Shown in pieces: positions 1-12,341 of a DNA stretch of 64,000 nt. The notes beneath the pieces were generated by a model. It ran no database searches, had not been told where the DNA came from, and saw only the letters and a program-made list of their open reading frames with translations. Made by a program: the position numbers and the translations under genes. This DNA is from Auanema rhodensis (taxonomy: Eukaryota > Animalia > Nematoda). Where the stretch lies: positions 24,614,001-24,678,000 of the forward strand of contig OZ059900.1 of NCBI GenBank assembly GCA_964057225.1, given 5' to 3'. Numbering within the stretch: position 1 is the stretch's first letter; each line of letters opens with the position of its first letter.

Positions 1-342
1 CATTGACATTGCATGAGTTTGAACACATGAAATCGTAAGTCAAAACCTTGTTTACAGCGAAATTTCCAAAAACTGGTTTTCCAGCATAATAAAATATTTC
101 TCATGGGAAATACTGTGTTTTTGTATTTTTCTAGTGTTCAGCATGTAAAATGCTTCATTTTAGTATGTAACTCGCTGAAATTCGTTGCATTTGACGACTC
201 ATATGAACAAAAATCGATTTAATCAATATTAGCCATAAGGGGCGTGCCCTCAGAATATGCTAATTTCCTTAATTTTCTAACCCTTGTTTTTTTGTCGTGA
301 AAGTGGAACTAGACGTTGTACGAACAATTTTGAGCTAGGTTT
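1..342. repeat. Reference monomer (342 bp, AT-rich, A/T tracts, many short dyads)
   Basis: Consensus has 57 C and 59 G by hand count. Dyads: GAAATTTC 59-66; AAAACTGGTTTT 69-80; CTGG-TTTT-CCAG 73-84; TATTTCTCATGGGAAATA 95-112; TAAAATG-CTT-CATTTTA 146-162; TCATATGA 199-206; AAATCGATTT 211-220; GGGC-GT-GCCC 240-249. Confidence 0.97.
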
Positions 343-3300
343 CATTGACATTGCATGAGTTTGAACACATGAAATCGTAAGTCAAAACCTTGTTTACAGC
401 GAAATTTCCAAAAACTGGTTTTCCAGCATAATAAAATATTTCTCATGGGAAATACTGTGTTTTTGTATTTTTCTAGTGTTCAGCATGTAAAATGCTTCAT
501 TTTAGTATGTAACACGCTGAAATTCGTTGCATTTGACGACTCATATGAACAAAAATCGATTTAATCAATATTAGCCATAAGGGGCGTGCCCTCAGAATAT
601 GCTAATTTCCTTAATTTTCTAACCCTTGTTTTTTTGTCGTGAAAGTGGAACTAGACGTTGTACGAACAATTTTGAGCTAGGTTTCATTGACATTGCATGA
701 GTTTGAACACATGAAATCGTAAGTCAAAACCTTGTTTACAGCGAAATTTCCAAAAACTGGTTTTCCAGCATAATAAAATATTTCTCATGGGAAATACTGT
801 GTTTTTGTATTTTTCTAGTGTTCAGCATGTAAAATGCTTCATTTTAGTATGTAACACGCTGAAATTCGTTGCATTTGACGACTCATATGAACAAAAATCG
901 ATTTAATCAATATTAGCCATAAGGGGCGTGCCCTCAGAATATGCTAATTTCCTTAATTTTCTAACCCCTGTTTTTTTGTCGTGAAAGTGGAACTAGACGT
1001 TGTACGAACAATTTTGAGCTAGGTTTCATTGACATTGCATGAGTTTGAACACATGAAATCGTAAGTCAAAACCTTGTTTACAGCGAAATTTCCAAAAACT
1101 GGTTTTCCAGCATAATAAAATATTTCTCATGGGAAATACTGTGTTTTTGTATTTTTCTAGTGTTCAGCATGTAAAATGCTTCATTTTAGTAAGTAACATG
1201 CTGAAATTCGTTGCATTTGACGACTCATATGAACAAAAATCGATTTAATCAATATTAGCCATAAGGGGCGTGCCCTCAGAATATGCTAATTTCCTTAATT
1301 TTCTAACCCCTGTTTTTTTGTCGTGAAAGTGGAACTAGACGTTGTACGAACAATTTTGAGCTAGGTTTCATTGACATTGCATGAGTTTGAACACATGAAA
1401 TCGTAAGTCAAAACCTTGTTTACAGCGAAATTTCCAAAAACTGGTTTTCCAGCATAATAAAATATTTCTCATGGGAAATACTGTGTTTTTGTATTTTTCT
1501 AGTGTTCAGCATGTAAAATGCTTCATTTTAGTATGTAACACTCTGAAATTCGTTGCATTTGACGACTCATATGAACAAAAATCGATTTAATCAATATTAG
1601 CCATAAGGGGCGTGCCCTCAGAATATGCTAATTTCCTTAATTTTCTAACCCCTGTTTTTTTGTCGTGAAAGTGGAACTAGACGTTGTACAAACAATTTTG
1701 AGCTAGGTTTCATTGACATTGCATGAGTTTGAACACATGAAATCGTAAGTCAAAACCTTGTTTACAGCGAAATTTCCAAAAACTGGTTTTCCAGCATAAT
1801 AAAATATTTCTCATGGGAAATACTGTGTTTTTGTATTTTTCTAGTGTTCAGCATGTAAAATGCTTCATTTTAGTATGTAACACGCTGAAATTCGTTGCAT
1901 TTGACGACTCATATGAACAAAAATCGATTTAATCAATATTAGCCATAAGGGGCGTGCCCTCAGAATATGCTAATTTCCTTAATTTTCTAACCCTTGTTTT
2001 TTTGTCGTGAAAGTGGAACTAGACGTTGTACGAACAATTTTGAGCTAGGTTTCATTGACATTGCATGAGTTTGAACACATGAAATCGTAAGTCAAAACCT
2101 TGTTTACAGCGAAATTTCCAAAAACTGGTTTTCCAGCATAATAAAATATTTCTCATGGGAAATACTGTGTTTTTGTATTTTTCTAGTGTTCAGCATGTAA
2201 AATGCTTCATTTTAGTATGTAACACGCTGAAATTCGTTGCATTTGACGACTCATATGAACAAAAATCGATTTAATCAATATTAGCCATAAGGGGCGTGCC
2301 CTCAGAATATGCTAATTTCCTTAATTTTCTAACCCCTGTTTTTTTGTCGTGAAAGTGGAACTAGACGTTGTACGAACAATTTTGAGCTAGGTTTCATTGA
2401 CATTGCATGAGTTTGAACACATGAAATCGTAAGTCAAAACCTTGTTTACAGCGAAATTTCCAAAAACTGGTTTTCCAGCATAATAAAATATTTCTCATGG
2501 GAAATACTGTGTTTTTGTATTTTTCTAGTGTTCAGCATGTAAAATGCTTCATTTTAGTATGTAACACGCTGAAATTCGTTGCATTTGACGACTCATATGA
2601 ACAAAAATCGATTTAATCAATATTAGCCATAAGGGGCGTGCCCTCAGAATATGCTAATTTCCTTAATTTTCTAACCCTTGTTTTTTTGTCGTGAAAGTGG
2701 AACTAGACGTTGTACGAACAATTTTGAGCTAGGTTTCATTGACATTGCATGAGTTTGAACACATGAAATCGTAAGTCAAAACCTTGTTTACAGCGAAATT
2801 TCCAAAAACTGGTTTTCCAGCATAATAAAATATTTCTCATGGGAAATACTGTGTTTTTGTATTTTTCTAGTGTTCAGCATGTAAAATGCTTCATTTTAGT
2901 ATGTAACTCGCTGAAATTCGTTGCATTTGACGACTCATATGAACAAAAATCGATTTAATCAATATTAGCCATAAGGGGCGTGCCCTCAGAATATGCTAAT
3001 TTCCTTAATTTTCTAACCCTTGTTTTTTTGTCGTGAAAGTGGAACTAGACGTTGTACGAACAATTTTGAGCTAGGTTTCATTGACATTGCATGAGTTTGA
3101 ACACATGAAATCGTAAGTCAAAACCTTGTTTACAGCGAAATTTCCAAAAACTGGTTTTCCAGCATAATAAAATATTTCTCATGGGAAATACTGTGTTTTT
3201 GTATTTTTCTAGTGTTCAGCATGTAAAATGCTTCATTTTAGTATGTAACACGCTGAAATTCGTTGCATTTGACGACTCATATGAACAAAAATCGATTTAA

Positions 3301-6300
3301 TCAATATTAGCCATAAGGGGCGTGCCCTCAGAATATGCTAATTTCCTTAATTTTCTAACCCTTGTTTTTTTGTCGTGAAAGTGGAACTAGACGTTGTACG
3401 AACAATTTTGAGCTAGGTTTCATTGACATTGCATGAGTTTGAACACATGAAATCGTAAGTCAAAACCTTGTTTACAGCGAAATTTCCAAAAACTGGTTTT
3501 CCAGCATAATAAAATATTTCTCATGGGAAATACTGTGTTTTTGTATTTTTCTAGTGTTCAGCATGTAAAATGCTTCATTTTTGTATGTAACACGCTGAAA
3601 TTCGTTGCATTTGACGACTCATATGAACAAAAATCGATTTAATCAATATTAGCCATAAGGGGCGTGCCCTCAGAATATGCTAATTTCCTTAATTTTCTAA
3701 CCCTTGTTTTTTTGTCGTGAAAGTGGAACTAGACGTTGTACGAACAATTTTGAGCTAGGTTTCATTGACATTGCATGAGTTTGAACACATGAAATCGTAA
3801 GTCAAAACCTTGTTTACAGCGAAATTTCCAAAAACTGGTTTTCCAGCATAATAAAATATTTCTCATGGGAAATACTGTGTTTTTGTATTTTTCTAGTGTT
3901 CAGCATGTAAAATGCTTCATTTTAGTATGTAACACGCTGAAATTCGTTGCATTTGACGACTCATATGAACAAAAATCGATTTAATCAATATTAGCCATGA
4001 GGGGCGTGCCCTCAGAATATGCTAATTTCCTTAATTTTCTAACCCCTGTTTTTTTGTCGTGAAAGTGGAACTAGACGTTGTACGAACAATTTTGAGCTAG
4101 GTTTCATTGACATTGCATGAGTTTGAACACATGAAATCGTAAGTCAAAACCTTGTTTACAGCGAAATTTCCAAAAACTGGTTTTCCAGCATAATAAAATA
4201 TTTCTCATGGGAAATACTGTGTTTTTGTATTTTTCTAGTGTTCAGCATGTAAAATGCTTCATTTTAGTAAGTAACATGCTGAAATTCGTTGCATTTGACG
4301 ACTCATATGAACAAAAATCGATTTAATCAATATTAGCCATAAGGGGCGTGCCCTCAGAATATGCTAATTTCCTTAATTTTCTAACCCCTGTTTTTTTGTC
4401 GTGAAAGTGGAACTAGACGTTGTACGAACAATTTTGAGCTAGGTTTCATTGACATTGCATGAGTTTGAACACATGAAATCGTAAGTCAAAACCTTGTTTA
4501 CAGCGAAATTTCCAAAAACTGGTTTTCCAGCATAATAAAATATTTCTCATGGGAAATACTGTGTTTTTGTATTTTTCTAGTGTTCAGCATGTAAAATGCT
4601 TCATTTTAGTATGTAACACGCTGAAATTCGTTGCATTTGACGACTCATATGAACAAAAATCGATTTAATCAATATTAGCCATAAGGGGCGTGCCCTCAGA
4701 ATATGCTAATTTCCTTAATTTTCTAACCCTTGTTTTTTTGTCGTGAAAGTGGAACTAGACGTTGTACGAACAATTTTGAGCTAGGTTTCATTGACATTGC
4801 ATGAGTTTGAACACATGAAATCGTAAGTCAAAACCTTGTTTACAGCGAAATTTCCAAAAACTGGTTTTCCAGCATAATAAAATATTTCTCATGGGAAATA
4901 CTGTGTTTTTGTATTTTTCTAGTGTTCAGCATGTAAAATGCTTCATTTTAGTATGTAACACGCTGAAATTCGTTGCATTTGACGACTCATATGAACAAAA
5001 ATCGATTTAATCAATATTAGCCATAAGGGGCGTGCCCTCAGAATATGCTAATTTCCTTAATTTTCTAACCCTTGTTTTTTTGTCGTGAAAGTGGAACTAG
5101 ACGTTGTACGAACAATTTTGAGCTAGGTTTCATTGACATTGCATGAGTTTGAACACATGAAATCGTAAGTCAAAACCTTGTTTACAGCGAAATTTCCAAA
5201 AACTGGTTTTCCAGCATAATAAAATATTTCTCATGGGAAATACTGTGTTTTTGTATTTTTCTAGTGTTCAGCATGTAAAATGCTTCATTTTAGTATGTAA
5301 CACGCTGAAATTCGTTGCATTTGACGACTCATATGAACAAAAATCGATTTAATCAATATTAGCCATAAGGGGCGTGCCCTCAGAATATGCTAATTTCCTT
5401 AATTTTCTAACCCTTGTTTTTTTGTCGTGAAAGTGGAACTAGACGTTGTACGAACAATTTTGAGCTAGGTTTCATTGACATTGCATGAGTTTGAACACAT
5501 GAAATCGTAAGTCAAAACCTTGTTTACAGCGAAATTTCCAAAAACTGGTTTTCCAGCATAATAAAATATTTCTCATGGGAAATACTGTGTTTTTGTATTT
5601 TTCTAGTGTTCAGCATGTAAAATGCTTCATTTTAGTATGTAACTCGCTGAAATTCGTTGCATTTGACGACTCATATGAACAAAAATCGATTTAATCAATA
5701 TTAGCCATAAGGGGCGTGCCCTCAGAATATGCTAATTTCCTTAATTTTCTAACCCTTGTTTTTTTGTCGTGAAAGTGGAACTAGACGTTGTACGAACAAT
5801 TTTGAGCTAGGTTTCATTGACATTGCATGAGTTTGAACACATGAAATCGTAAGTCAAAACCTTGTTTACAGCGAAATTTCCAAAAACTGGTTTTCCAGCA
5901 TAATAAAATATTTCTCATGGGAAATACTGTGTTTTTGTATTTTTCTAGTGTTCAGCATGTAAAATGCTTCATTTTAGTATGTAACACGCTGAAATTCGTT
6001 GCATTTGACGACTCATATGAACAAAAATCGATTTAATCAATATTAGCCATAAGGGGCGTGCCCTCAGAATATGCTAATTTCCTTAATTTTCTAACCCTTG
6101 TTTTTTTGTCGTGAAAGTGGAACTAGACGTTGTACGAACAATTTTGAGCTAGGTTTCATTGACATTGCATGAGTTTGAACACATGAAATCGTAAGTCAAA
6201 ACCTTGTTTACAGCGAAATTTCCAAAAACTGGTTTTCCAGCATAATAAAATATTTCTCATGGGAAATACTGTGTTTTTGTATTTTTCTAGTGTTCAGCAT

Positions 6301-8892
6301 GTAAAATGCTTCATTTTAGTATGTAACACGCTGAAATTCGTTGCATTTGACGACTCATATGAACAAAAATCGATTTAATCAATATTAGCCATGAGGGGCG
6401 TGCCCTCAGAATATGCTAATTTCCTTAATTTTCTAACCCCTGTTTTTTTGTCGTGAAAGTGGAACTAGACGTTGTACGAACAATTTTGAGCTAGGTTTCA
6501 TTGACATTGCATGAGTTTGAACACATGAAATCGTAAGTCAAAACCTTGTTTACAGCGAAATTTCCAAAAACTGGTTTTCCAGCATAATAAAATATTTCTC
6601 ATGGGAAATACTGTGTTTTTGTATTTTTCTAGTGTTCAGCATGTAAAATGCTTCATTTTAGTAAGTAACATGCTGAAATTCGTTGCATTTGACGACTCAT
6701 ATGAACAAAAATCGATTTAATCAATATTAGCCATAAGGGGCGTGCCCTCAGAATATGCTAATTTCCTTAATTTTCTAACCCCTGTTTTTTTGTCGTGAAA
6801 GTGGAACTAGACGTTGTACGAACAATTTTGAGCTAGGTTTCATTGACATTGCATGAGTTTGAACACATGAAATCGTAAGTCAAAACCTTGTTTACAGCGA
6901 AATTTCCAAAAACTGGTTTTCCAGCATAATAAAATATTTCTCATGGGAAATACTGTGTTTTTGTATTTTTCTAGTGTTCAGCATGTAAAATGCTTCATTT
7001 TAGTATGTAACACGCTGAAATTCGTTGCATTTGACGACTCATATGAACAAAAATCGATTTAATCAATATTAGCCATAAGGGGCGTGCCCTCAGAATATGC
7101 TAATTTCCTTAATTTTCTAACCCCTGTTTTTTTGTCGTGAAAGTGGAACTAGACGTTGTACAAACAATTTTGAGCTAGGTTTCATTGACATTGCATGAGT
7201 TTGAACACATGAAATCGTAAGTCAAAACCTTGTTTACAGCGAAATTTCCAAAAACTGGTTTTCCAGCATAATAAAATATTTCTCATGGGAAATACTGTAA
7301 TTTTGTATTTTTCTAGTGTTCAGCATGTAAAATGCTTCATTTTAGTATGTAACACGCTGAAATTCGTTGCATTTGACGACTCATATGAACAAAAATCGAT
7401 TTAATCAATATTAGCCATAAGGGGCGTGCCCTCAGAATATGCTAATTTCCTTAATTTTCTAACCCTTGTTTTTTTGTCGTGAAAGTGGAACTAGACGTTG
7501 TACGAACAATTTTGAGCTAGGTTTCATTGACATTGCATGAGTTTGAACACATGAAATCGTAAGTCAAAACCTTGTTTACAGCGAAATTTCCAAAAACTGG
7601 TTTTCCAGCATAATAAAATATTTCTCATGGGAAATACTGTGTTTTTGTATTTTTCTAGTGTTCAGCATGTAAAATGCTTCATTTTAGTATGTAACATGCT
7701 GAAATTCGTTGCATTTGACGACTCATATGAACAAAAATCGATTTAATCAATATTAGCCATAAGGGGCGTGCCCTCAGAATATGCTAATTTCCTTAATTTT
7801 CTAACCCCTGTTTTTTTGTCGTGAAAGTGGAACTAGACGTTGTACGAACAATTTTGAGCTAGGTTTCATTGACATTGCATGAGTTTGAACACATGAAATC
7901 GTAAGTCAAAACCTTGTTTACAGCGAAATTTCCAAAAACTGGTTTTCCAGCATAATAAAATATTTCTCATGGGAAATACTGTGTTTTTGTATTTTTCTAG
8001 TGTTCAGCATGTAAAATGCTTCATTTTAGTATGTAACACGCTGAAATTCGTTGCATTTGACGACTCATATGAACAAAAATCGATTTAATCAATATTAGCC
8101 ATAAGGGGCGTGCCCTCAGAATATGCTAATTTCCTTAATTTTCTAACCCCTGTTTTTTTGTCGTGAAAGTGGAACTAGACGTTGTACGAACAATTTTGAG
8201 CTAGGTTTCATTGACATTGCATGAGTTTGAACACATGAAATCGTAAGTCAAAACCTTGTTTACAGCGAAATTTCCAAAAACTGGTTTTCCAGCATAATAA
8301 AATATTTCTCATGGGAAATACTGTGTTTTTGTATTTTTCTAGTGTTCAGCATGTAAAATGCTTCATTTTAGTATGTAACACGCTGAAATTCGTTGCATTT
8401 GACGACTCATATGAACAAAAATCGATTTAATCAATATTAGCCATAAGGGGCGTGCCCTCAGAATATGCTAATTTCCTTAATTTTCTAACCCTTGTTTTTT
8501 TGTCGTGAAAGTGGAACTAGACGTTGTACGAACAATTTTGAGCTAGGTTTCATTGACATTGCATGAGTTTGAACACATGAAATCGTAAGTCAAAACCTTG
8601 TTTACAGCGAAATTTCCAAAAACTGGTTTTCCAGCATAATAAAATATTTCTCATGGGAAATACTGTGTTTTTGTATTTTTCTAGTGTTCAGCATGTAAAA
8701 TGCTTCATTTTAGTATGTAACACGCTGAAATTCGTTGCATTTGACGACTCATATGAACAAAAATCGATTTAATCAATATTAGCCATAAGGGGCGTGCCCT
8801 CAGAATATGCTAATTTCCTTAATTTTCTAACCCTTGTTTTTTTGTCGTGAAAGTGGAACTAGACGTTGTACGAACAATTTTGAGCTAGGTTT

Positions 8893-9075
8893 CATTGACA
8901 TTGCATGAGTTTGAACACATGAAATCGAATATTAGCCATAAGGGGCGAAATCAATATTAGCCATAAGGGGCGGGGCGTGCCCTCAGAATATGCTAATTTC
9001 CTTAATTTTCTAACCCCTGTTTTTTTGTCGTGAAAGTGGAACTAGACGTTGTACGAACAATTTTGAGCTAGGTTC
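8893..9075. repeat. Rearranged 183-bp monomer, copy 1
   Basis: Positions 1-35, then 225-244, then A+221-243, then an extra GGGGC, then 244-342 with T342C. Confidence 0.95.
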
Positions 9076-9759
9076 CATTGACATTGCATGAGTTTGAACA
9101 CATGAAATCGTAAGTCAAAACCTTGTTTACAGCGAAATTTCCAAAAACTGGTTTTCCAGCATAATAAAATATTTCTCATGGGAAATACTGTGTTTTTGTA
9201 TTTTTCTAGTGTTCAGCATGTAAAATGCTTCATTTTAGTATGTAACTCGCTGAAATTCGTTGCATTTGACGACTCATATGAACAAAAATCGATTTAATCA
9301 ATATTAGCCATAAGGGGCGTGCCCTCAGAATATGCTAATTTCCTTAATTTTCTAACCCTTGTTTTTTTGTCGTGAAAGTGGAACTAGACGTTGTACGAAC
9401 AATTTTGAGCTAGGTTTCATTGACATTGCATGAGTTTGAACACATGAAATCGTAAGTCAAAACCTTGTTTACAGCGAAATTTCCAAAAACTGGTTTTCCA
9501 GCATAATAAAATATTTCTCATGGGAAATACTGTGTTTTTGTATTTTTCTAGTGTTCAGCATGTAAAATGCTTCATTTTAGTATGTAACACGCTGAAATTC
9601 GTTGCATTTGACGACTCATATGAACAAAAATCGATTTAATCAATATTAGCCATAAGGGGCGTGCCCTCAGAATATGCTAATTTCCTTAATTTTCTAACCC
9701 TTGTTTTTTTGTCGTGAAAGTGGAACTAGACGTTGTACGAACAATTTTGAGCTAGGTTT

Positions 9760-10106
9760 CATTGACATTGCATGAGTTTGAACACATGAAATCGTAAGTC
9801 AAAACCTTGTTTACAGCGAAATTTCCAAAAACTGGTTTTCCAGCATAATAAAATATTTCTCATGGGAAATACTGTGTTTTTGTATTTTTCTAGTGTTCAG
9901 CATGTAAAATGCTTCATTTTAGTATGTAACACGCTGAAATTCGTTGCATTTGACGACTCATATGAACAAAAATCGATTTAATCAATATTAGCCATAAGGG
10001 GCGGGGCGTGCCCTCAGAATATGCTAATTTCCTTAATTTTCTAACCCCTGTTTTTTTGTCGTGAAAGTGGAACTAGACGTTGTACGAACAATTTTGAGCT
10101 AGGTTT
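9760..10106. repeat. 347-bp monomer with GGGGC duplication
   Basis: AAGGGGCGGGGCGTGCCC at about 9996-10013 in an otherwise full-length unit. Confidence 0.93.
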
Positions 10107-12158
10107 CATTGACATTGCATGAGTTTGAACACATGAAATCGTAAGTCAAAACCTTGTTTACAGCGAAATTTCCAAAAACTGGTTTTCCAGCATAATAAAA
10201 TATTTCTCATGGGAAATACTGTGTTTTTGTATTTTTCTAGTGTTCAGCATGTAAAATGCTTCATTTTAGTATGTAACACGCTGAAATTCGTTGCATTTGA
10301 CGACTCATATGAACAAAAATCGATTTAATCAATATTAGCCATAAGGGGCGTGCCCTCAGAATATGCTAATTTCCTTAATTTTCTAACCCCTGTTTTTTTG
10401 TCGTGAAAGTGGAACTAGACGTTGTACGAACAATTTTGAGCTAGGTTTCATTGACATTGCATGAGTTTGAACACATGAAATCGTAAGTCAAAACCTTGTT
10501 TACAGCGAAATTTCCAAAAACTGGTTTTCCAGCATAATAAAATATTTCTCATGGGAAATACTGTGTTTTTGTATTTTTCTAGTGTTCAGCATGTAAAATG
10601 CTTCATTTTAGTATGTAACTCGCTGAAATTCGTTGCATTTGACGACTCATATGAACAAAAATCGATTTAATCAATATTAGCCATAAGGGGCGTGCCCTCA
10701 GAATATGCTAATTTCCTTAATTTTCTAACCCCTGTTTTTTTGTCGTGAAAGTGGAACTAGACGTTGTACGAACAATTTTGAGCTAGGTTTCATTGACATT
10801 GCATGAGTTTGAACACATGAAATCGTAAGTCAAAACCTTGTTTACAGCGAAATTTCCAAAAACTGGTTTTCCAGCATAATAAAATATTTCTCATGGGAAA
10901 TACTGTGTTTTTGTATTTTTCTAGTGTTCAGCATGTAAAATGCTTCATTTTAGTATGTAACACGCTGAAATTCGTTGCATTTGACGACTCATATGAACAA
11001 AAATCGATTTAATCAATATTAGCCATAAGGGGCGTGCCCTCAGAATATGCTAATTTCCTTAGTTTTCTAACCCCTGTTTTTTTGTCGTGAAAGTGGAACT
11101 AGACGTTGTACGAACAATTTTGAGCTAGGTTTCATTGACATTGCATGAGTTTGAACACATGAAATCGTAAGTCAAAACCTTGTTTACAGCGAAATTTCCA
11201 AAAACTGGTTTTCCAGCATAATAAAATATTTCTCATGGGAAATACTGTGTTTTTGTATTTTTCTAGTGTTCAGCATGTAAAATGCTTCATTTTAGTATGT
11301 AACACGCTGAAATTCGTTGCATTTGACGACTCATATGAACAAAAATCGATTTAATCAATATTAGCCATAAGGGGCGTGCCCTCAGAATATGCTAATTTCC
11401 TTAATTTTCTAACCCTTGTTTTTTTGTCGTGAAAGTGGAACTAGACGTTGTACGAACAATTTTGAGCTAGGTTTCATTGACATTGCATGAGTTTGAACAC
11501 ATGAAATCGTAAGTCAAAACCTTGTTTACAGCGAAATTTCCAAAAACTGGTTTTCCAGCATAATAAAATATTTCTCATGGGAAATACTGTGTTTTTGTAT
11601 TTTTCTAGTGTTCAGCATGTAAAATGCTTCATTTTAGTATGTAACACGCTGAAATTCGTTGCATTTGACGACTCATATGAACAAAAATCGATTTAATCAA
11701 TATTAGCCATAAGGGGCGTGCCCTCAGAATATGCTAATTTCCTTAATTTTCTAACCCCTGTTTTTTTGTCGTGAAAGTGGAACTAGACGTTGTACGAACA
11801 ATTTTGAGCTAGGTTCCATTGACATTGCATGAGTTTGAACACATGAATTCGTAAGTCAAAACCTTGTTTACAGCGAAATTTCCAAAAACTGGTTTTCCAG
11901 CATAATAAAATATTTCTCATGGGAAATACTGTGTTTTTGTATTTTTCTAGTGTTCAGCATGTGAAATGCTTCATTTTAGTATGTAACACGCTGAAATTCG
12001 TTGCATTTGACGACTCATATGAACAAAAATCGATTCAATCAATATTAGCCATAAGGGGCGTGCCCTCAGAATATGCTAATTTCCTTAGTTTTCTAACCCC
12101 TGTTTTTTTGTCGTGAAAGTGGAACTAGACGTTGTACGAACAATTTTGAGCTAGGTTT

Positions 12159-12341
12159 CATTGACATTGCATGAGTTTGAACACATGAAATCGAATATTA
12201 GCCATAAGGGGCGAAATCAATATTAGCCATAAGGGGCGGGGCGTGCCCTCAGAATATGCTAATTTCCTTAATTTTCTAACCCCTGTTTTTTTGTCGTGAA
12301 AGTGGAACTAGACGTTGTACGAACAATTTTGAGCTAGGTTC
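12159..12341. repeat. Rearranged 183-bp monomer, copy 2
   Basis: Same junctions and T342C as 8893-9075, 3266 bp downstream. Confidence 0.95.

Larger units (their letters stand above)
1..12341. repeat. Array domain A (markers C284T, A172T, T166A+C173T, A237G)
   Basis: CCCTTG is frequent. A172T at 172, 2908, 5644 (spacing 8x342). A237G at 3999 and 6393 (7x342), each followed by a T166A+C173T monomer. Confidence 0.8.

Noticed and set aside
52-180. Long-range complementarity gained by A172T, A178T and G196T with positions 38-60
   Set aside because: Matches of 6-8 bp more than 100 bp apart are expected by chance in AT-rich DNA, so they were not counted as dyad evidence.
180-196. CENP-B box-like motif ATTCGTTGCATTTGACG
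   Set aside because: It matches TTCG and A but lacks the CGGG half (6 of 9 essential bases), and T181G/T186G variants spread freely.
1-342. Tandem 5S rRNA, tRNA, snRNA or spliced-leader gene repeat
   Set aside because: I recognise no 5S, cloverleaf or snRNA/SL sequence. A covariance-model search would settle it.
1-342. Assignment to a named satellite family or species (e.g. primate alpha-satellite dimer, or insect/plant satellites of about 340-360 bp)
   Set aside because: Only the length is similar. I do not recognise the sequence as alpha satellite and cannot verify any other match without a database search.
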